Program-made: the position numbers and the translations under genes
Assembly: GCA_951406725.2 (NCBI GenBank)
Contig: OX597830.1
Location: forward strand, 43,090,001 to 43,154,000
DNA length: 64,000 bases
Source of the DNA: Octopus vulgaris
Taxonomy: Eukaryota
Direction: 5' to 3'
In this document: positions 50,921-63,850 of the stretch, in pieces
Numbering within the stretch: position 1 is the stretch's first letter
How the letters are laid out: every line of letters begins with the position of its first letter
The notes under the pieces: model-generated
Told to the model about the DNA's origin: nothing
The model's input: only the letters and a program-made list of their open reading frames with translations
The model's database searches: none

Positions 50921-51023
50921 TATTATTATTATTATTATTATTATTATCTCTATTATTATCATTATTTCTACTATTATTTCTAATAACAATTATTATTATT
51001 ATTTCTATGCCTTAATAATAATG

Positions 51024-51078
<55 letters not shown>

Positions 51079-51891
51079 TTATAATAATAATAGTAATAAT
51101 GATGATGATGATGATGGCTTCAAGTTTTGGCACCAGGCCAGCAATTTTGGGAGAGGGATATAGTTGAATACATCTACCCCAGTGCTTGACTGGTATTTAT
51201 TTTATTGATCTCGAAAGGATTAAAGGCAAAGTTGACCACAATGGAATTTAAACTCTGAATGTGAAGATGGATGAAATGCTGGTAAGCCATTTTGTCTGGC
51301 ATGCCAACGATTTTCTCTGGCATATAATGATTTTTGCCGGCTCACCATGTTATATAATAAAAATAATAATAATAACAATTAGATTATGAATCTCATTTGT
51401 AGAGAAAGTTCTTTGTCTACAATTGTGATAGAAAATTTGGAGATGATTTGTAAGAGAACTACTGAGGATTTTTATACAGCATCAAAAAAGAAGGAACCAA
51501 AAAAAAAAACAAATGTACTTTTTGTATTAATTGTTAAATGAAAAAAATATGGCAGAAAACAGATATCAATGTTAAATATAGAATAATAATGAAAAAAACA
51601 GATATAACAATATAACATGGAAATACTTTTTTTTGATTGTTATAAAAATGTAATAACATGATTAACTAATTTGAATGTCAGGAAGAATTAACAAATGGCA
51701 TGAAAAACAATGGAGAAAAACTTTAAAAAAATAAAAGAGAGACACAACTGAAGATATATATATACATGTGTGTGTGTGTGTGTGTGTGTTTGTGTGTGTG
51801 TGCGTGCGTGTGTGTCTGTCTGTCTGTATGTATGTATATATGTATATATATATATAAATATATGTGTGCATATATATGTATGTGTGTATAC

Positions 51892-51949
<58 letters not shown>

Positions 51950-52110
51950 GTATATGTATATACGTGCCTTTATCAGCATGCCTTAAGAATTATTTTTCTT
52001 GTGGTTTGTGTTTAACTGGCCTTTTTAGCATGTAAGAAGTCCTGTCAAGGGTCTTCTATATACATTCTCATATATATATACATATGTGTGTGTGTGTGTG
52101 TATATATACA

Positions 52111-52196
<86 letters not shown>

Positions 52197-52462
52197 TGTG
52201 GCCTAGTGGTCAGGCTTTTGGATCCACAATCACAACATCGTGTGTTCAATTCACAGGCTGTCTCCCTTTTGATCGAAGGGAAATATTGGTCTGCTTGCCT
52301 AGCCAGCGGGATGACATCATTCAAAGACTAAAACGATGCAAAGTGTATTGTGACCAGTGATGTGTAATGACATCTGAAAATCTGGTCGGCCATGTAGTCA
52401 CATATATTACACACATATGTATATGAATATGTATGTATACATATATGTATATTTACGTATGT

Positions 52463-52519
<57 letters not shown>

Positions 52520-53404
52520 CACACACACATACACATTTAAATATGTATGTATATTGACATATATATGTACAAATATACACATACACACACGCATACAAGA
52601 AAGAGATTGGGAGTAAAATTGTAATGCCACGAACAAAACAACAATATTGAATTTTAACCAAAATCCAGGATATAAAATACAACAAAACCATACTTTGATT
52701 GTAACACAGATCCAAAACTGAAAGACAGAAATTCTTTGGTGTTTTCCTTTGAAATAAAAAATACGATTTTTATAAAAATCACTTTCACTTTTGAAAGTAA
52801 TTTTGACAGGTGTCTTTGTGTCTAGATCCTTTGAGATTAGTGAAGAATTATTTCAAAATACTGAATGCTTTATAATTCTTTGTAAGTATTATGTTGTATG
52901 AGAAGGGAAGGAACGGTTTGTTTTTGAAAGGAATCATCAACAAGGGCATTCATGGATATCTATTTACACAAGCATTCTCATATTCTACACACACACACAT
53001 TGCACACACATGTACACAGGTTATCATCACTTAACATCTGTTTCCCATGCTGGCATGGGTCAGATGGTGTGACAGGAACTGGCAAGTTGGAAGAATGCAC
53101 CAAGCACTGCTGTCTGTACACACACACACACACACTCATATATTTGATAGTGAACCCAATGGTCAAGCAATTACACATATATAAATTAATTATTTGTAAT
53201 TCAAAACTTAAAATTTTATAATGTTCATGACTGAGTTTCTCAAGTAGCATCGTTTGGCAAGCATTGAAGCTCTTTCAAAAGTTCTAATGAAGAATTTTGT
53301 AAGGATATCCAAAGTTAATACATACCAGCATCATGGCTGCTGACATACCCTGACATCCTTTTATTTTCTCCAAGCTTCTTCGGTTCCAGTAGGTCAAACG
53401 AACA

Positions 53405-53603
53405 TTGGTTTCAAATTCTGGCACAAGTCTGAGGGAAGGGGCAAGTCGATTACAGCAGCCCCTCCCCTCAACTGGTACTTATTTTGTTGACCCCGAAAGG
53501 GATGAAAGGCAAAGCAGACCTCAACAAAATTTGAACTAAGAATGTAAAACCCAGCAGTAATGCTGCTGAGCATGTTGCCCAGCATGGAGACGATTCTGCT
53601 AGC
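53405..53603 (-). mobile_element. AAT-family SINE copy
   Basis: Same core as the arrayed copies. Confidence 0.75.
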
Positions 53604-53691
53604 TTTGATGTCTTTCAAAGATCAAATGGCATCGCAAATAAGGGATGTCAACCGTTTTGATCAATCTTAAAACTCTTTAAAACTGCATCAA

Positions 53692-54086
53692 CCTTTTAGT
53701 GTTAAAACCAGCCATATCCAGCCCAGATATTCCATCTGTTTTATATTCAAACTAGCCAGATCCAGCCTTTCACACCCACCCTACAATGTCATTCTACAAT
53801 AAAATCATTAAAATCTCAAAGCTACAAAACAATGCCTGAGTAATTTTATTATCAGTACCAATATGCTTGATGCACGTTCAAACTGGGGGAATAAGTTACT
53901 CACTGCGTTTTGTCATGGAGAATATATCTTCCTTGTTGACAAATGGTGTGTACGCAGATGCTGTGTATGCAAATGGTGTGTACACAAATGGTGTGTATGC
54001 AAGTGGTGTGTATACACCTAGATCGGCCTCAAAATAATGTCAGTTACAGCCATTGCACTTGACAAAATAATCTTAATGTTAAAGGG
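53692..54086. mobile_element. piggyBac-like MITE containing a 15-bp tandem repeat (53940-54016)
   Basis: tcaa|ccttttagtgtt...aatgttaaaggg|ttaa; five aaatggtgtgta(c/t)gc-like units. Confidence 0.6.
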
Positions 54087-55717
54087 TTAAACGATTATAT
54101 TTTTGAAAATCAAAGTTTGTTGCTCTGTCGTGTTGTAGGATTAGATTCTTGACCGATTTATTAAAATTTGATATTGGACGTTTCTAATGCATAAAAAGGC
54201 ATTGATATGTTGGTGTATTTAAATATGGCTATTATCTAAAAGAACAGAGCCAGCACCAATAAATTGGTAAACTGGACATTAGAAATAGATCTATAACAGT
54301 TTCAGCAATGACTCTTCAGTTGTTCAAACAGGTAACTGAATTAGTTATATAAGTGGCTGAGTACTCCACAAACATGTGCACCTTTAATGTAATCCTTAAA
54401 CAGAATCAGCATGGTGCTGTATGTGATAAGTTTGGATTTTTGAATTACAAGTACAATCCATGTTATGAACTTGAGCAGAGCTTCTCTCGACACCGGTTCT
54501 CTTACAAAACTCTGGTCAACTCAAGTGTTAAAATAATACATTCCTATGTTGCCTTGCATTGGGCTTGAACTTGATACCTCTAGGAATAGATTAAAAAGAT
54601 CTTAATTGTTTGGCCATGCTACTAAAATTAAACAGCTCTGTATCAACATGCCAAAAAGGTGAGACATGTGTCAACAATTTTGGTGGTTATAAAGAGAAGT
54701 AATGCCTATACATGTTGTACTTCATACTGTCCATGATAGATATAAATTATTTTTCATTAATTTTGTTGTACTTCAGGCCTGGTACTCATTGAATCAACCA
54801 GTTATCACATTTTAATCTTATAAAATGTTTCTCAAGCTCAGTCATGACACAAGAAACTAGCAGCCAAACTGATATTTCCACTAAATACTGTATAATGTTA
54901 ATGGAGTTTGACACAGAAGCTGTTAGTAACTAAGGTGAGAGAAACCCTTCACTGCTGTCAAAAAACACACCAATCTCTGGTGCAACTACAAACCAAATAA
55001 GAGAAAACATTGCTAACCAATGCCAGAGCTTGTTCAGTATAAAATTCTGAGTTTGGAATTATAAATATATATATATTTTACATGAATGAAGACCAACTAT
55101 TGTTTGAGCAATTCTTTACATGGGCACACGTCTATACAGAGAGGCATAACAAGAAAGAGAGAAAGAGAGAGAGAGAGAGTAGGTAGAGTAGTCTTCTCTC
55201 CTTCTGGACCCAGGAGTGAAAGGATGTAAAATTTCTTCTGGTTTATCATGTTGGTTACTTAAAAGGTGGAAGTGCTAAAAAGTCTTTGACCCCAGACACT
55301 GAAAATGCTTGCTATGCCATAGTCTACATCCATCCTTTCACACACACATGCACACATACACACATATTTATAAATGTGTTTACACACTGCCACCAATAAA
55401 CACATCCATATGCATTTAGATACATATATACAGTTATATACAATCAAGTCTTTCTATGACTATATACAGTTACACTTCAACTCTTTCTCCCTTTCCCTCA
55501 CTCACTCTCACTCTCACTCTGTCTTTCTCTTCTGCACACACTCACTCATTACATTTACATACATTCATATATACACATAATTGTTCAAAAGTTAGAATCA
55601 CCCATTTCATTATTTGAGAATTTCTTTTTTCTATTAATTATATAAGAATAAGTCATTTTGCTGTGTTCAAATTTCTGCAGACACAAACATTAAAAAAAAA
55701 AAAATTAAATCATGGTT

Positions 55718-56011
55718 TCATACAAAATTTTCTCCACTTCTCGGCTTTGCTAGTCTTGTTCCATCTGATGTTGCATGTATCACCGATTTTCTACCATTTG
55801 TACTTTCAGATGCATTGTCTGTGACATCCACAAATGCTGTTCTAGAACTAATGATTCCTTCCATACCGATTGGTGCTGTTTCTGGTTCATATCTGAACAT
55901 TCCAAAGCGCCGGGTGAGAGCTATTCCTGGCAGCCAAACTATCGGCAGCAAGACCAGGAACCCAGCAATGAGGCTAGCAAAGAGAGGGTACTGCATATCA
56001 TACAAAGTGGC
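55718..56011 (-). CDS. SLC6: SLC6 amino-acid transporter, last coding exon (TM12 and C-tail)
   Basis: ctttttcag acceptor; ATLYDMQYPLFASLIAGFLVLLPIVWLPGIAL...GENFV-TGA matches the YPxW/F-TM12 pattern of SLC6. Confidence 0.92.
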   Translation of the reverse strand, partial: ATLYDMQYPLFASLIAGFLVLLPIVWLPGIALTRRFGMFRYEPETAPIGMEGIISSRTAFVDVTDNASESTNGRKSVIHATSDGTRLAKPRSGENFV

Positions 56012-56234
56012 CTGAAAAAGATGAAACAAAAAATATTTGTTAAAACCTGAGACAGATTTCACAGCAATGCCATAAGAGGAATATACAGGGTGGGCCAAAA
56101 ATCACGTACAAAATAAGTTCAATACACTCTGGAATTGTCAAAGACATGGTTTGATTTTTTAAAAATTGAATGAAACAAATAAAATAATGACAAATACACA
56201 TGTACATAATGAACAAAAGGAATAATAACAATAA

Positions 56235-56491
56235 CTAGCAATGCATCCCGACGTTGCCCAGGTGTTATGACCTACAGCCACATTATATTACTTGGGTAGA
56301 ATCGGTACACAAGGAGTAGGAAGCAAACAACACTTCTTTATAAACATGTTTTTTGGTAATTTTCTGATGAACAACGCTGCAGTTTCTGTCTACCAAATTC
56401 AAACACAAGTCAGTGGTTGGCCTTCCATAAGGAACATACGCATGTGCGCACACACACAAACATGCACACAAAACTGTTTTATATATTAAGA
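56235..56491 (-). mobile_element. Non-autonomous Helitron
   Basis: Reverse strand A|TCttaatatataaaa ... cctgggcaacgtcggg (GC hairpin) atgcattgCTAG|T; no TSD. Confidence 0.7.
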
Positions 56492-56680
56492 TATCGTAAC
56501 GCAAATAAAATGCCATATGTTTTGGTGTGTGACACTTGGCCTCGCCCTGTACAGCTTCTGGTTGTTTAGACCCAGATCATCCTTAATAAATAAAACAGAA
56601 AGAACTTATGATTATAGATGGTCCATTCATGGCCATTCCATCATAGTTTTTCTAGATACAGTGTATCTAGAACTACATCA

Positions 56681-57085
56681 GGATCTTTTTGGTTTGACCG
56701 GCAGTTTTTTAAAATAATTTCCACGTAACTAAACACTTTTAAACTTCGTATACTGGTAGAATGTGTTTATAAAACATCTTTTTCTCTTGGTTTTATTGAG
56801 AAAATTCTATAGTTTGTAAGATATTTGTTGTTTTTTTTCTTCAATTTCTGCAATTTCAACCAATCAGTGACGTCTATTGAGGTGAAAACATTGCCGTATG
56901 AATATGTCCCTCGTTTAAGAAACAAATTGGGTTTATTTACATTTCTGAAGAAAAAAAGATACCCCACCCCTAACCCTAACCCTAAAACAGATTGAAATGC
57001 ACTAGATCGATACTAGGGTCATAATTATGGGTGACAATTTCATATGACACCACTAGAAAAACTGCCGTTCAAACCGAAAAGATCC
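56681..57085. mobile_element. Non-autonomous DNA transposon with GG termini and 8-bp TSD (Merlin-like)
   Basis: TIRs GGATCTTTTtGGTTTGAcCGGCAGTTTTT / AAAAACTGCCGtTCAAACCgAAAAGATCC; TSD ctacatca (56673-56680 and 57086-57093). The superfamily call is inference. Confidence 0.85.
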
Positions 57086-57694
57086 CTACATCATCCAATA
57101 AATAAAGTGTTGTTACTATTGTGGAAAGTGGTAGCAAATAATTTAAAGGGTACATGGATACATAAGAACATCAATATATGTATTCATAGGTGGAAGAAGG
57201 GATGTGAGTGTGTACGTGTATGTGTGTGCGTACATGTGTAATGTATGTATGTATGTATGTATGTATGTATACAGTCTCAGTAAAATATTTTCGTCAGTAC
57301 GTATATGAATACATACATACGTACGTACATACATACATACATACATACATACATACATACATACACATGTACGTATACACACACATGTATACGTACACAT
57401 TTCCATCTGTCTGTCGCAGTATATATGGAAATTAGTGAGTAGCGAAATTGTCTCCATAATCTGGATCATCATGAACAGAACTCCTTTGAATATTAACGGA
57501 GCTAAGAATGGAAGAGTGTGTTTGATTGAAAAAAAAAACTTCTGGATCCTTTAACTGCTGAAACTGCAAAAATTTTAGTTTCTCTTCAGAACTTCGTTTT
57601 CAAAAATGTTTGCATATTGGGTTGTTTCCCTTGACCCCTATCATGCCATCAGAGTGTTCTCCCCTGTATAGAAGCCCAATCGGTGTCTTGTTAA

Positions 57695-57909
57695 CCCATT
57701 AATGCATGGCGTCCAGAAAATTGGACGCAGGGAAAATTACTATTACGTGCTTCGTACGAGTGTCTAGTTGGTTTGTTTGTATGCAGCGCTTGCTCACTAA
57801 CAGAGCACCAGTTTAGAAGCAGACTAAACCAAAATAGATAGACAGTTTACTTGACAAGCAACAGTAATTTTTCCTGCCTCCATTTTTCTGGACGCTACGC
57901 CTTGATGGG
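57695..57909. mobile_element. piggyBac-like MITE with long TIRs
   Basis: TTAA|CCCAT...ggcgtccagaaaattgga..cagggaaaattact / agtaatttttcctg..tccatttttctggacgc...ATGGG|TTAA. Confidence 0.85.
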
Positions 57910-58188
57910 TTAATGTCAAGTATTTAACTTGATGTTGCCTGAAAAATTATATTTGGCAGAAAACTGAGAAGCTACAAAGCGAATCGCCAGCTATCTCCTC
58001 ACAAACCTGTGGTAAGAAACTTGCTTTTCAACCACATGGTTCTGGGTTCAGTCCCACTGTGTGATACCTTGAGCAAATGTCTTCTGCTACAGCCTTGCAC
58101 TGACCAAAGCTTTGTGAGTGGATTTGGCAGTCGGAGACTGAAGGAAGCCCGTCTTATATGTATATATCCATATATGTATGTATGTATG

Positions 58189-58220
<32 letters not shown>

Positions 58221-58682
58221 ATGTATGTGTGTATGTATGTATGTCAGTGTGTGTGTGTCTTTGTGTCTGCGTTTGTTCCCCCCACTACCACCAACTGGTG
58301 TACGTCCCCATAACTTAGTGGTTCAGCAAAACACCTGATAAAATACATAGCAGGCTTAAGAGAGAAAAAAAAAAGAAATACTGAGATTGATTCCTTCAAT
58401 TTTAAAAATTCTCTAAAGCAGTGATCCAGCATGGCCATAGTTTAATGCCCGAAACAAGTAAAAGATAAAGGCACATGCAAGGCTGTGTGATTGAGAAAGT
58501 ATACTTTGTGACGGAGTTCTTTCTGGTTCAATCCTTGGGCGGGTGTGTTCTACTGTAGCACTGGACCAACCAAAGCCTCAAGAGTGAATTTGGTGTATGG
58601 AAACTGTATGGAAGCTTATTGTATTTATATATGTATATATCTATATATTGTATATATATATACATACACACACACACATATA

Positions 58683-58714
<32 letters not shown>

Positions 58715-58779
58715 CATACATACATATATATATATATATAATTATATATATATATGTGATATATATAAATATATATATA

Positions 58780-58820
<41 letters not shown>

Positions 58821-58864
58821 TATATGTGTGTGTGTGTGTCTGTGTGTATGTGTGTGTGTATGTA

Positions 58865-59281
58865 TCATCATCATCATTATTATTATCATCGTTTAATGCC
58901 CGCTTTCCATGCTGGCATGGGTTGGATGGTTAGATTGCAGTTTGGAATCCAATCTGATTTGGCAAGCTTTCTATGGCTGGACGCCCTTCCTAACACCAAC
59001 CACTCCAGCATAGGAGTCTCTCAGGTGGGCCTGGCATCGATCATGTTTGGATAGTGCTTTCTACGTGCCACTAGCATGGAAGACAATGCCAACCACTACA
59101 CTCTCAGAATGGTTGTCGTTAGGAAGGGCATCCAGCTGTAGATACCTTGCCCAATCAGATCAGAACCTGGTGCCCATCCCGACTAACCACCTCCATCCCA
59201 GCTTACCAGTTTCAGTCAAACTGTTCAACTTATGCCAGCATGGAAAGCAGACATTAAATGATGATGATGATGATGATGATA
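58865..59281. mobile_element. Two RTE-type 3'-end repeats in inverted (head-to-head) orientation
   Basis: Minus copy at about 58865-59075 and plus copy at about 59092-59281, with (CAT)n and (GAT)n tails pointing outward. Confidence 0.85.
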
Positions 59282-59654
59282 TATCTGTGTTTATTTTCCT
59301 TGCTGGCCACTGTTTGATAGCTGATATTGGTTTGTTTACAACACCTGTAACTTAGCAGTCTGGCAAAAGAAACCGATAGAATAAACACTGGATTAAAAAA
59401 TAATAATTGGAGTCTATTTGTTTGAGTAAAACGCTCAAGATGGCTCCCACCTGGCAGCAGTCCAAAGACTTAAATCAATAGAAATAAAACTAGAAAAGAA
59501 TATATTGAACCACACACTTAATCTTGGATCTGCGTTCATTTAGCAAGTAACTTGATTTGAGAACTGAATCAGTTACATCATGCTAACCAGTTTGGTGTCT
59601 GAGATGTAGTCTAGGGTTTCTACATGTGGATATAGCAGCTGTCAATCTGTTCAA

Positions 59655-59940
59655 GTGAAGGCACGTGGCTCAGTGGTTAAGGTGTTGCACTCAGGATTGC
59701 TTGATCATAGGTTCAATTCCCAAACTGGGTAATGAATTGCGTTCTTGAGTAAAGCACTTCTTTTCATGTTGTCCCGGTAAATGGGTCACCCTGTGATGGA
59801 CTGGCCTTCCGGTGAGGGGAGAATGTTAGTCTGCTTGCTTAACCAGTGGAGTGGCATCATTCAGAAGCTAAAAACAATGTAAAGTGCATTGTGACCAGCA
59901 ATGTATAACATCTGATAGCCTGGTGAAAACCATGATACAT
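59655..59940 (+). mobile_element. tRNA-derived SINE
   Basis: tggctcagtgg and ggttcaattcc boxes; central ccctgtgatggactgg; tail shared with 52280-52400. Confidence 0.75.
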
Positions 59941-60316
59941 TGATATCAGTTTTAGATTTGAAAGCTATACTTCAATGTGGTCCTCATATGAGCTTTTTGG
60001 AATGTAAATAATCTTGGGTCTGTATCATTTTCTGGTCCAGAAGAGAAGGTCAAGTCATTGAGATGTGATCCAAATTAAATTAAGGACATGATTTTTACCA
60101 GAAGAGACATCCTTAGAGATGCTGACATCCAACATCTGGAGCATTCATGAGCATAGGTGCAGGAGTGACTGTGTGGTAAGAAGTTTGCTTCCCAACCACA
60201 TGGTTCTGGGTTCAGTCCCACTGTATGGTACATTGGGCAAGTGCCTTCTACTATAGCCTCAGGCCAGCCAAAACCTTGTGAGAGGAATTGATAGAAGGAA
60301 ACTGAAAGAAGCCTGT

Positions 60317-60367
<51 letters not shown>

Positions 60368-60821
60368 GAAAAATTCACAAAAATACAAAAGACAAAGACA
60401 AGTGGTGTAGACAACAAACAGATGTATTCTTTTAATGTTCAGGAAGTGAAAAAGTGTTTAACATTTCGAGCCTACACTCTTCCACAGAAAGGAACACAGA
60501 AAGAAACAGGGAGAGAAAATAAAGAATGTGTAGTGGCTAGCAATCTATCATGGTGAATACTGGACAGAGGGGTCACACAGAAGAGTTAGGAAGAAAGGGA
60601 GATAATAAAGTAGTGGCAATCCCAAAATGAAGGGCATGGGAGTGGCTGTGTGGTAAGTAGCTTGCTTCCATACTTCTGGATTCAATCCCACTGTGTGGCA
60701 CCTTAGGTAAGTGCTTTCTACTATAGCCTCGAGGTGACCAAAACCTTGTGAGGGAATTTGGTACATAGATGTATGTATGTATGTATGTATGTATGTATGT
60801 ATGTATGTATGTATGTATGTA

Positions 60822-60854
<33 letters not shown>

Positions 60855-61179
60855 ATATATTTGTGTATCTGTGTTTGTCCCCACTGCCATTGCTTGACAA
60901 CCGCTGTTGGTGTGTTTACATCCCCACAACTTAGCATCTATGGTACAACAATGTTTCCTGGAACTGAGTAGAATTTGTGCTTTCTTGCTTTTGAAAGAGA
61001 CAAGATAGATATGATCCCATTGAAGGATATTTTGGGGACTCTTTTTAAAGCATCAGCATGGATCTGGGGCGTGGTACAAAAGTTGTGAGTGGATGATGCA
61101 CAGCTGAGGGTGGGGTGAGGTTAAGAAATAAAAGATAATGCTTAAAAATATATAAGAAAAATAAATAAAAGAAACCCAC

Positions 61180-61342
61180 CTCGTTTTTGTTGTAAGCTTT
61201 GTAAGTAACAGGATCGATAAACTTCATTATAATGGTGGACACAAGAAGAATGAGAATAAGAGCAGGAGCAATAAACTTCCACAAGACACGCCAAATTATA
61301 TTTGGTCTCTTCCCAATCATTCCATATACATCATTACAAAAG
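61180..61342 (-). CDS. SLC6: SLC6 transporter exon (TM11)
   Basis: ttccacag acceptor and gtgggt donor; FCNDVYGMIGKRPNIIWRVLWKFIAPALILILL...YKAYNKNE contains the FxxDxxxMxGxxP..W..W motif. Confidence 0.95.
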
Positions 61343-63096
61343 CTGTGGAAGAAAACAAAAACCAAAAAACATCAAAGTCATTATCAGAAAGTAATTCTCA
61401 CACACACACACACACACACACACACAATTATATTACATTACATAATATTTCGAAGTTTATTTCTCGCTTGCAAGGAAAATATTTGTTTTTGTTTTTCTTA
61501 CATTCTACCCCACCCCTCAAACAACCCTACAAAACTGAAATTATCAATGTGTTTAAGGAATTTTTGTGAATCTTTCCCATCTTATTTAGAAGTAATTATT
61601 ACTTATTTAGAGGTAATGATTATGCAGCAAATTTTCTTTCATGTATCGGTAATTCAAAAACCTATAAACCTGCAACAACCACCAGATACCATTTGTTGCA
61701 GATAATAATGCCGTTTGCACATAAACAATCCCCCACACCCTTTGAAGTTATTGATTTTGTCATTACCCCACCATTTTATGTTTTTCCCGAAAAAGGTTTT
61801 GTAAATTGATGAAGCAAAAAATGTTAACAATTTATGTTAACCTATTTGTAACCAAATTTCTTTGTTTCAATTAATTTTGGAAATAACAAAGAATTTAATT
61901 AAATAATTTTGTTAACAGGCTGGTCCCTGGAACATAAATTAACATAAATTTTAATGGAAAGCTTTAATTTAAAATAGGAAATTTGTGTCCTAGAACAAGG
62001 GACAGTTTGAGTGGTAGTGGGTGGGGTGGGTGGGGGCTTGGTATGAAAAGGTTTCAACCATTGTTGTGTTTGCTACTAAAGTAGCTTTGTACAGGGATGA
62101 ACTGTGTCCAGGAAAACATTATTAACCCTGCTGAACAGATATTTAGGATTTAAACCCACCTAAATTTAATACAGCAACATATTTTAGCGACCAAATTACT
62201 GAAGACTACTCACGACTCACATATCTACATTCACATAATTTAATTTTCAAGTTTGCTGAATCCATAAATGTAATCAAACATCATGATATCTTGAGATAAC
62301 AATAATTCTATTTGCTAAATGTGTTTCTATCTTAATCCTGTCTCTACAGAAACCAGAAACATCAACCAAAAATTTAATTCTCTCAACAGAAAGCAGTTTA
62401 ATGTACCAAGCTATCTTTTGTTGAGGAATTTCATGCTTGAACCTTTTTTCTTTGTTGAGATATGTGAAGTTTATTGAGGCGACTAGGCTTGCAAAAATAC
62501 TAAATCTATTTCTTGGTGGATATTTCACATAATTACTGGAATAACCATAAAATTTAATTTGGCAGTTAAAAGCTTTAATTTCATGATGTTCTCAGGTGAA
62601 GAAGCTAGATTATTTAATTGTTGACTGCAACAAAAGTATAAACATGGCACTTAAGTATATTTAAAATGATATTTATAATAAATTTTAATCTAGTAGGATT
62701 AAGTTGTTAAATTTTATTATACTTAAGACCGTATAATGATTTATTAAATTAGAATTTCTTCGATTTTTTTTAGGCATGTACCCGATGAAATTTCAGTAAA
62801 AAGACTTTTGGACTGACAATAATTCAACAACAATCTCAATCCTTACTGAAAATAAGAACAATGATAACAGGGAGAATAACAAGTGTATTTTAGCGATAAA
62901 CAACACTTCTCTTTCTTTGTACTCCGAAAACCTAGTCACCATGAATTACCTCCCTTTTACTAGTTTCAAGGAATTATCTCATTTTTTTTATTTATTTTTC
63001 ATTTAATTGCTTCCAATAATTAGATGTGTTCGTTTTAAATGGCACATTTTAATAACAAATGTTGATTTTAAATGTAATTTTTCATGTCATACTTAC

Positions 63097-63256
63097 TTGT
63101 TGATACCGTATTTGTAAGAAACTGCTACAATTTCTAAAAAGGCCACAATCATTAGTGCAAATGTTCCAGAGAAAAAGTCGAAAAGTTCAACCCAGTAAGC
63201 GCCACTGTTGAGCGTGAAAACGATTCCAACCACAAAACTGAACAAACACAAAACAC
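63097..63256 (-). CDS. SLC6: SLC6 transporter exon (TM9-TM10), nutrient amino-acid/B0AT-like subfamily
   Basis: tgtttag acceptor and gtaagt donor; VLCLFSFVVGIVFTLNSGAYWVELFDFFSGTFALMIVAFLEIVAVSYKYGIN. The SGxYW..LFD..SG motif resembles SLC6A15-20. The 5' exons lie beyond the window end. Confidence 0.93.
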
Positions 63257-63481
63257 CTAAACAAAAAATAAAAAAAAAAATACAAATTCATTTTCAGACA
63301 ACAGCTTTTTTGAGGGTTTAACTAAAAAATACACTTGTTTACAGGTATGCTTCATTATTCCAGTTCTTTCCAAACTATCCCAAACCTTACAGACTCACAA
63401 TAAAATTTCCAATCTAATTTTTTTTATTTATTTAATTTTGCTAAAAATAATAATAAAGAATGACTTTATTATGTATCACAT

Positions 63482-63850
63482 TGGTTTCGAATTTTGGCTC
63501 AAGGCCAGCACTTTAGGGGGAAGGGGCCAGTTGATTTCATTGTCCCCGACACACACACAACCTTGCTCAGCTATGTATTTTAACATGTATAAGGAAACCC
63601 CCTAATTTTGGGGGCATTAAATTTAGAAAATAGGTTTGTAAGGGATTATAATACTATCCATGTATAAGAAACTCCCATATTTTTTAAACCTAATTTTTAA
63701 CAAAAAAAGGGATCCTTGAGCATGTTAAAATACAGTACTTTATTGACCCCAAAAGGATCAAAGGCGCAGCCAACCTCAGTGGGATTTGAACTCAGAACGC
63801 AAAGATGGATGAAATGCCACGATGCATTTTGCCCAGTGTTCTTGCAAGTC
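63482..63850 (-). mobile_element. AAT-family SINE interrupted by a short TIR element (63574-63734)
   Basis: SINE halves at 63482-63550 and 63735-63850; the insert is bounded by tgtattttaacatg / catgttaaaataca. Confidence 0.65.

Larger units (their letters stand above)
46300..51350 (-). mobile_element. Dense array of ~13 AAT-family SINE copies interleaved with (AAT/GAT)n
   Basis: The recurring ggcacaaggcc...gaccccag...ctggtact...gatgaaaggcaaagt...gaatttgaactcagaa unit appears in one orientation; best copies at 49521-49737, 49998-50200 and 50680-50864. Confidence 0.85.

Noticed and set aside
56968-56985. Telomere or chromosome fusion site
   Set aside because: Only three CCCTAA units, and they lie inside a transposon.
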